A DNA stretch of 63,948 nucleotides, filler included, from Myxococcota bacterium (GTDB taxonomy: Bacteria > Myxococcota > Myxococcia > Myxococcales > Myxococcaceae): the NCBI GenBank assembly GCA_049322255.1. It is 3 parts of 3 records of this genome, joined end to end, with 100 filler letters (N's around TTAATTAATTAA, not from the genome) between each part and the next. Parts side by side here need not be neighbours in the genome. Positions count along the whole stretch, not along the records: positions 45,640 to 63,948 come from JBMORE010000087.1; 2 more parts are not named here. The stretch is one strand, 5' to 3'. Shown piece by piece: positions 59,130 through 63,948 of this stretch. A model generated the notes under the pieces. It was not told the DNA's origin and searched no databases. It was given only the letters and a program-made list of their open reading frames with translations. The translations under genes were made by a program, and so were the position numbers. Positions within the stretch are counted from its first letter, which is position 1, and each line of letters begins with the position of its first letter.

Positions 59130-60716
59130 TCAGGGCTCCCGCGACAGGACGGTGTCCTTGAGCCAGTTGTGGTCATCGCGGTTGGGGTAGTCGAGGGTGA
59201 AGTGCAACCCTCGGCTCTCCTTCCTCCGCGAGGCACACTCGACGATCAAGTGGGCGACGTCGGCGATGTTGCGAAGCTCGATCACGTCTCTGGTGACCTT
59301 GAACCGCCAGTAGTAGTCGCGGATTTCCTCGCGCAACAAGTCCAGCCTGCGGCGCGCACGCATCAGCCGTTTGCCGGTGCGCACGATGCCCACGTAGTTC
59401 CACATCAGCCGGCGGATCTCGTCCCAGTTGTGGGTGACCACCACGCTCTCGTCGGAGTCGACCGCAGCGCCCGAGTCCCACTCCAAAGGCGCGCTCGCCG
59501 GCGCCGGCACCGTCGGGAGCTCCTGGGCGCCTGCGCGCGCGGCGCGGTGCCCGAAGACCAACCCCTCGAGGAGCGAATTCGACGCCAATCGGTTCGCCCC
59601 GTGCAGGCCGGTGCAGGCCACCTCGCCGATGGCAAAGAGGCCGGGGAGGGTGGTGCGGCCGTCGAGATCGGTCACCACTCCGCCGCACTGGTAGTGCGCC
59701 GCCGGCACCACGGGAATCGGCTGCACCGCCATGTCGATGCCGAACTCGCGGCAGATGGCGTAGATGTTGGGGAAGCGCTTCACCAAAAAACCGCGGCCCA
59801 GGTGCGTCATGTCCAGATGCACCCACTCGTCGCCGGTGCGCTTGAGCTCGGCGTCGATCGCCTTGGCCACCACGTCGCGCGGGGCCAGCTCGGCGAGCGG
59901 GTGGTAGCGGTCCATGAAGCGCTCGCCGTTGCGCAGACGCAGCTTGCCCCCCTCGCCGCGCAGCGCTTCGCTGACGAGAAAGCTCTTCGCCTCGGAGTGG
60001 TACAGGCAGGTGGGGTGGAACTGGTAAAACTCCATGTTCGCCACCTGCGCCCCCGCCCGGTACGCCATCGCCACCCCGTCACCGGTCGCCACGTCGGGGT
60101 TGGAGGTGTACAGGTAGACCTTCCCCGCGCCTCCGGTGGCGAGCACCGTCACCTTTCCGAGGAAAGTCTCGATTTTTCCCGACTCGAGCAGCGCGTAGGC
60201 GCCTAAGACCCGCGGGCGGCCGTTGGGTGAGGTGCGATCGAGGAGGAGGTCGATCGCCGCGGTGAAGGGAAAGAAGGTGATGTTCGCCTGCTCGTCGCAG
60301 GCGGCCAGGAGCGCGCGCTCCACCTCGCGCCCGGTGATGTCGCCCGCGTGGACGATGCGCCGCTTGGAGTGCCCACCCTCGCGGGTGAGGTCGAACTCTC
60401 CGCTGGGCCTTCGGTTGAACTCCGCCCCCCATTCCACCAGGGCGCGCAAACGCGCCGGCCCCTCGCGCACCGTGACCTCCACCGCATCTTGGTGGCACAG
60501 CCCCGCGCCGGCGGTGAGCGTGTCTGCCACGTGGCGCTCGAAGGAGTCCTCAGGGGAGAGGACGGCGGCGATTCCCCCTTGCGCGTATTGGGTGCTTCCC
60601 TCGTCGCGCGCTCGCTTGGTGAGCACGGCGACGGTGCCGTGGCGGGCGGCCTCCAAGGCGAAGGAAAGCCCTGAGATTCCACCGCCCAACACCAGAAAGT
60701 CGAAGGGGTTCGGCAT
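59130..60716 (-). CDS. nadB: L-aspartate oxidase
   Basis: STQYAQGGIAA, TREGGHS.RRI.HA.D.TG, QFHPT, SEALRGEG, ELAPRD, PAAHY.CGG, GLHGANRLASNSLLE, ESRGLH. Confidence 0.97.
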   Translation of the reverse strand: MPNPFDFLVLGGGISGLSFALEAARHGTVAVLTKRARDEGSTQYAQGGIAAVLSPEDSFERHVADTLTAGAGLCHQDAVEVTVREGPARLRALVEWGAEFNRRPSGEFDLTREGGHSKRRIVHAGDITGREVERALLAACDEQANITFFPFTAAIDLLLDRTSPNGRPRVLGAYALLESGKIETFLGKVTVLATGGAGKVYLYTSNPDVATGDGVAMAYRAGAQVANMEFYQFHPTCLYHSEAKSFLVSEALRGEGGKLRLRNGERFMDRYHPLAELAPRDVVAKAIDAELKRTGDEWVHLDMTHLGRGFLVKRFPNIYAICREFGIDMAVQPIPVVPAAHYQCGGVVTDLDGRTTLPGLFAIGEVACTGLHGANRLASNSLLEGLVFGHRAARAGAQELPTVPAPASAPLEWDSGAAVDSDESVVVTHNWDEIRRLMWNYVGIVRTGKRLMRARRRLDLLREEIRDYYWRFKVTRDVIELRNIADVAHLIVECASRRKESRGLHFTLDYPNRDDHNWLKDTVLSREP

Positions 60717-60814
60717 GCGCTCGAAACGGGCGATTTAACGCCCGTAAATGTCGGAAACAAGGCGCATTTCTTGAGGGTTCCCCGGCACGGCGATAATCTC
60801 CCTCGGCACCTGTC

Positions 60815-61468
60815 ATGCGTTCCTTCCCGGTCACTGTCGCGCTGTGGGGCTTCGCCGCGGCTTTTCCGGCGGGGGCCGAAGGCATCTACCGCTACGTGGA
60901 GGCGGACGGGACGATTGTCTACACCAACGTCAAGCCCACCGGTGCGGCGGCGAGGAAAGCGCGGCGCTTGAGCGGCACTTTCCACCGGGCCCCGGAGAAG
61001 AGCGCGCCGCTGCCGAAGGTGACGCCCCGGGCCGGCACCGCGGTGGAGGAGCTCGATGACTTCATCGAGACCTCGGCGAAGCGTTACCGTATTCCGGCGC
61101 CGCTGGTGCGCGCGGTGATGCACGCCGAGAGTGCCTTCGACGTCAACGCTGTCTCTCCCAAGGGCGCCTCGGGGTTGATGCAGCTGATGCCGGCCACCGC
61201 GCGCGAGATGTACGTGAAGGACATCTTCGACGCCAAGGAGAACATCGAGGGTGGCACCCGCTACTTGCGCGTTTTGGCCAACCTGTTCGAGGGCGACATG
61301 GTGAGGATGGTGGCCGCGTACAATGCCGGGCCCGATGCGGTGAAGAAATACGGCGGCCAGGTGCCTCCGTATGAAGAGACCCAGGCCTACGTGCGCAAGG
61401 TGATTGCCCTCTACTTCCAATACAAGGCGCAGGCTGAAAGCAAGACGGCCGCGGCGGCCCGAGAGTGA
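60815..61468 (+). CDS. Lytic transglycosylase (SLT) with N-terminal DUF4124-like domain
   Basis: IYRYV..DGT.VYTN; AES.F, GA.GLMQLMP.TA, AAYNAG, ETQAYV. Confidence 0.93.
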   Translation: MRSFPVTVALWGFAAAFPAGAEGIYRYVEADGTIVYTNVKPTGAAARKARRLSGTFHRAPEKSAPLPKVTPRAGTAVEELDDFIETSAKRYRIPAPLVRAVMHAESAFDVNAVSPKGASGLMQLMPATAREMYVKDIFDAKENIEGGTRYLRVLANLFEGDMVRMVAAYNAGPDAVKKYGGQVPPYEETQAYVRKVIALYFQYKAQAESKTAAAARE

Positions 61469-61477
61469 TCTGAATCG

Positions 61478-63133
61478 ATGGCGACCACGCGCGCGCGCGG
61501 AACGACGGACACGGCGACCGAAGAGGAGTTTCTCCACCACCTGTACAAGGGCGGAGAGCTGCTCGCAGCGGGGAAGGTGATCGAAGCCAAAGATCATCTG
61601 GAGAAGGCGTTCAAGCTCCACCCGAAGAACGAGAAGGGGCAGAACCTGCTCGGGTTGACCTACTTCAAGCTCGGGCTGTTCGACCGTGCGTCGGAGATCT
61701 ACGAGACCCTGGTGCGCGAAAACCCCGCCGACCCGACGCTCCGGGTGAACTTGGGGCTGGTGTATTTGAAGACCAACGCGCTGCAGCGGGCAGTGCGTGA
61801 GTTCGAAACCGCGGTCGATTTGGCGCCGGAGCACAAGAAGGCGCACAACTATTTGGGCCTGGCGTTGGCCCAGGCGGGTGAGCTCGGGCGCGCGCGCGAG
61901 CACTTCATCGAGGCAGGCAGCGAGGCGATGGCCGAGAAGATGGCCCGGGCGATCGCGGGAGAGAACCTGCCTAAGCCCATGAGCAAGCCCTCGCCCGCGC
62001 AGCAGCAGGGCTTTGCAGAAATCGAAGGCCGCGAGGTGGTGGAGGAGCAGGGCGGCCAGCAGATCTCCGAGGAGGTGGCTTCGCCGCCATCGGAAGAGAG
62101 CTTTCAGGTGATGTCGGAGGATGAGACTCCTCCGCCCCCCGAGAGCCCGGACGTGCTGGTGCGCACCGAGCCTCCGCCGGGCGCAAGAGCGTTGGCGCCG
62201 CCGCTGGGGGCCGAGTGGGGGGCCCAGTTCGGGCTGGACGGGGAAGGGCAGGCGCAGACGGAGGTGCCCGCGCCGCCTGCGGACGTGATTCGCTTCGTCG
62301 ACGACGAGGGGCCCAGCGCCCCGCCGAGCGAGCCCTTGCCACCGCAAGCGGAGGCCGAGGTGAGCCCGGTGGAGATGCCGGTCATCGAGGCGACACCCCA
62401 GGAGGTGGAGGAGGCTCCGGAGACAGAGAAAGAGGAGACGCCCCAGGAGCGCGGCGCCGACATCATTCAGCTGCCGGCGGCCGCACGCCCTTCGCCAGAC
62501 GTGCCGGTGCTGATGGAGCTTTCGCCCAAGGTGCAGCTTGGCCCGGGGCCGGGGGTGTTCGGGTTGGGAGACGAGCTCCTCACCTTGACCATCGAGGGGG
62601 AGCTCTACGCGCGGCTGGGCGGGCTGGTGGCGCTGGGAGGCAGAGTGAAGGTCGAAGGGGCGAAGAAGCGGTTTCGGGGGAAGGCGACCGATCGGTCGTT
62701 CGGCGAGGGTCTCGAGCAGCTGCAGCGCCTCGAGGGAAGTGGAGTGGCATACGTCGCCGCCCAGGGCCGACACTTCACGGTCGTCGACCTGGATGACGAG
62801 AGCGCCTACTTCTGCGAGTTGGCGGTGTTCGCGTTCGAAGAGCCGGTGATGTTCGAGAACGGGCGGGTCACCGCCGAAGGGCTCGCCGAGCTCGACCTGG
62901 TGCACCTGAGGGGGAAGGGGAAGGTGCTGGTGCGTCTGGAGGGAGCGCTCAAGTCGCTGGCGGTGGCGATGGACCGGCCGGCGGTCGTTCCGCTCGAAAA
63001 GCTCGTCGGCTGGCATGGGCCACTGACGCCCAGGCTGGTGGCGCTCGGGTGGGACGAGGGCGGTGCGGCGGCGCGCACGGGGGTCGAGCTCACGGGCGAA
63101 GGCTGGGCGCTCTTCGCTGTCCCGGGGCGCTAA
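61478..63133 (+). CDS. TPR protein with acidic Pro-rich linker and C-terminal AIM24-like domain
   Basis: Several N-terminal TPRs; C-terminal A.FAFEE...FENG.V...L.G.G. Confidence 0.82.
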   Translation: MATTRARGTTDTATEEEFLHHLYKGGELLAAGKVIEAKDHLEKAFKLHPKNEKGQNLLGLTYFKLGLFDRASEIYETLVRENPADPTLRVNLGLVYLKTNALQRAVREFETAVDLAPEHKKAHNYLGLALAQAGELGRAREHFIEAGSEAMAEKMARAIAGENLPKPMSKPSPAQQQGFAEIEGREVVEEQGGQQISEEVASPPSEESFQVMSEDETPPPPESPDVLVRTEPPPGARALAPPLGAEWGAQFGLDGEGQAQTEVPAPPADVIRFVDDEGPSAPPSEPLPPQAEAEVSPVEMPVIEATPQEVEEAPETEKEETPQERGADIIQLPAAARPSPDVPVLMELSPKVQLGPGPGVFGLGDELLTLTIEGELYARLGGLVALGGRVKVEGAKKRFRGKATDRSFGEGLEQLQRLEGSGVAYVAAQGRHFTVVDLDDESAYFCELAVFAFEEPVMFENGRVTAEGLAELDLVHLRGKGKVLVRLEGALKSLAVAMDRPAVVPLEKLVGWHGPLTPRLVALGWDEGGAAARTGVELTGEGWALFAVPGR

Positions 63134-63135
63134 AG

Positions 63136-63822
63136 GTGGACAAGGGCGCGCGCAAGAAGCTTCGCCAGCAGAAGAACGAGGAGCGTGCGCGCCGGAAGGC
63201 CCAGAAGAAGCGCAGCCCGCTCCTGGAGGAGTTTTGGAACCTCCCCAACATGCTCACGCTGGGGAGAATCGGGCTCATTCCCCTCTTCGTCTGGTTCACC
63301 TACGACGCCGACCCGCTGTATTCGTTCTTGGCCGCGTTCGTCTTCACTTTGGCCGCGGTGACCGACGTGGTCGACGGGTTTTTGGCGCGGCGGTGGAACC
63401 TCGTCACCGTGGTGGGCAAGCTCCTCGACCCCTTGGCGGACAAGCTGATCGTGATGGCGGCGCTGGTGATGATGACCCGGCTGGGGCGCATTCCCGCGTG
63501 GATCGTCATCGTGCTGCTCGCTCGGGAGTTCATCGTCACCGGCCTGCGACAAATCGCCGCCAGCGAGGGCATGGTGATTGCCGCCGGGCAGGAGGGCAAG
63601 TGGAAGACCTCCTTGCAGCTGGTGGGCATCATCGCGCTGTGCGTGCACTACGTGCACCCAGTGAATTTCTTCTGGGCCACCTTCCAGGTCGACTTCAACC
63701 TCGTCGGCCAGGCGCTGGTGTACCTCTCGACCGTCTTCAGCGTGTGGAGCGCCGCCGGCTACTTCCGCGCGTTCCTCGCCATGCTGAGCAAGCAAAAGGC
63801 GGGGAGCTCGAGCACCGCGTAG
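63136..63822 (+). CDS. pgsA: CDP-diacylglycerol--glycerol-3-phosphate 3-phosphatidyltransferase
   Basis: NLPN.LT..R, TD.VDG.LAR...VT..GKLLDPLADK, RE..VTGLR, GK.KT..Q; followed by tRNA-Gly. Confidence 0.95.
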   Translation: MDKGARKKLRQQKNEERARRKAQKKRSPLLEEFWNLPNMLTLGRIGLIPLFVWFTYDADPLYSFLAAFVFTLAAVTDVVDGFLARRWNLVTVVGKLLDPLADKLIVMAALVMMTRLGRIPAWIVIVLLAREFIVTGLRQIAASEGMVIAAGQEGKWKTSLQLVGIIALCVHYVHPVNFFWATFQVDFNLVGQALVYLSTVFSVWSAAGYFRAFLAMLSKQKAGSSSTA

Positions 63823-63827
63823 GGCGC

Positions 63828-63856
63828 TTGACCCTGCGTATCGGCGTGGATATATG
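63828..63856 (+). promoter_or_regulatory. Sigma70-type promoter for tRNA-Gly
   Basis: TTGACC, 17-bp spacer, TATATG, followed by a GC-rich discriminator. Confidence 0.65.
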
Positions 63857-63874
63857 CGCAGCCGCTTCACTTTT

Positions 63875-63946
63875 GCGGGAATAGCTCAGCGGTAGAGCAT
63901 CGCCTTGCCAAGGCGGGGGTCGAGGGTTCAAATCCCTTTTCCCGCT
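63875..63946 (+). tRNA. tRNA-Gly (GCC)
   Basis: GCGGGAA/TTCCCGC acceptor stem, D arm GCTC..GAGC, anticodon loop TTGCCAA, T loop TTCAAAT; CCA not encoded (next bases CT). Confidence 0.97.
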
Positions 63947-63948
63947 CT

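Noticed and set aside
30156..60716. nadE, LOG and nadB as a linked NAD-related defence or salvage system
   Set aside because: They are on different contigs or in ordinary housekeeping context, with no sirtuin/TIR or other defence genes seen.
63875..63948. tRNA-Gly as a prophage or island attachment site
   Set aside because: The window ends 2 nt after the tRNA, and no integrase or duplicate 3' end is visible.

Overview
GC-rich myxobacterial (Myxococcaceae/Archangiaceae-like) chromosomal DNA made of three contigs joined by artificial N44-TTAATTAATTAA-N44 linkers (22940-23039 and 45540-45639), so adjacency across the gaps is not evidence of linkage. Contig 1 (1-22939) is core genome, probably at the replication terminus: era-der-yfgM-like-bamB-like-NUDIX-RNase H-like genes, a 28-bp dif-like Xer site overlapping the start of a lipoprotein gene, an S46 peptidase, guaA/guaB, a PilZ-like-DnaK fusion, miaB, a CoxE-like VWA gene and a 91-nt strand-biased intergenic hairpin. 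Contig 2 (23040-45539) is accessory: M49 peptidase, Ser/Thr kinase, orphan ORFs, a divergent nadE, MATE/TetR, a decayed IS and a pseudogene. It also holds two inferred regulatory circuits. The first is an ECF sigma / FecR-TPR anti-sigma / small beta-barrel / MtsD-like VWA lipoprotein module, with the same TGAGCCG-N17-CACT motif in front of the sigma gene and of the lipoprotein gene; this is the best candidate for an undescribed signalling system. The second is a histidine kinase plus NtrC-type activator facing a sigma54 promoter for a 73-aa Asr-like secreted protein. Contig 3 (45640-63948) is the conserved myxobacterial sgmT-TPR-agmH-bacNOP-padC-pyrE ... nadB ... pgsA-tRNA-Gly region with a deleted vapBC remnant. 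A REP-like repeat (CCCCTCACCC...CCTCTCCC-N-GGGAGAGGG) occurs at six loci and twice forms the C-terminus of a protein. All family assignments come from motif recognition by eye; no database search was run.
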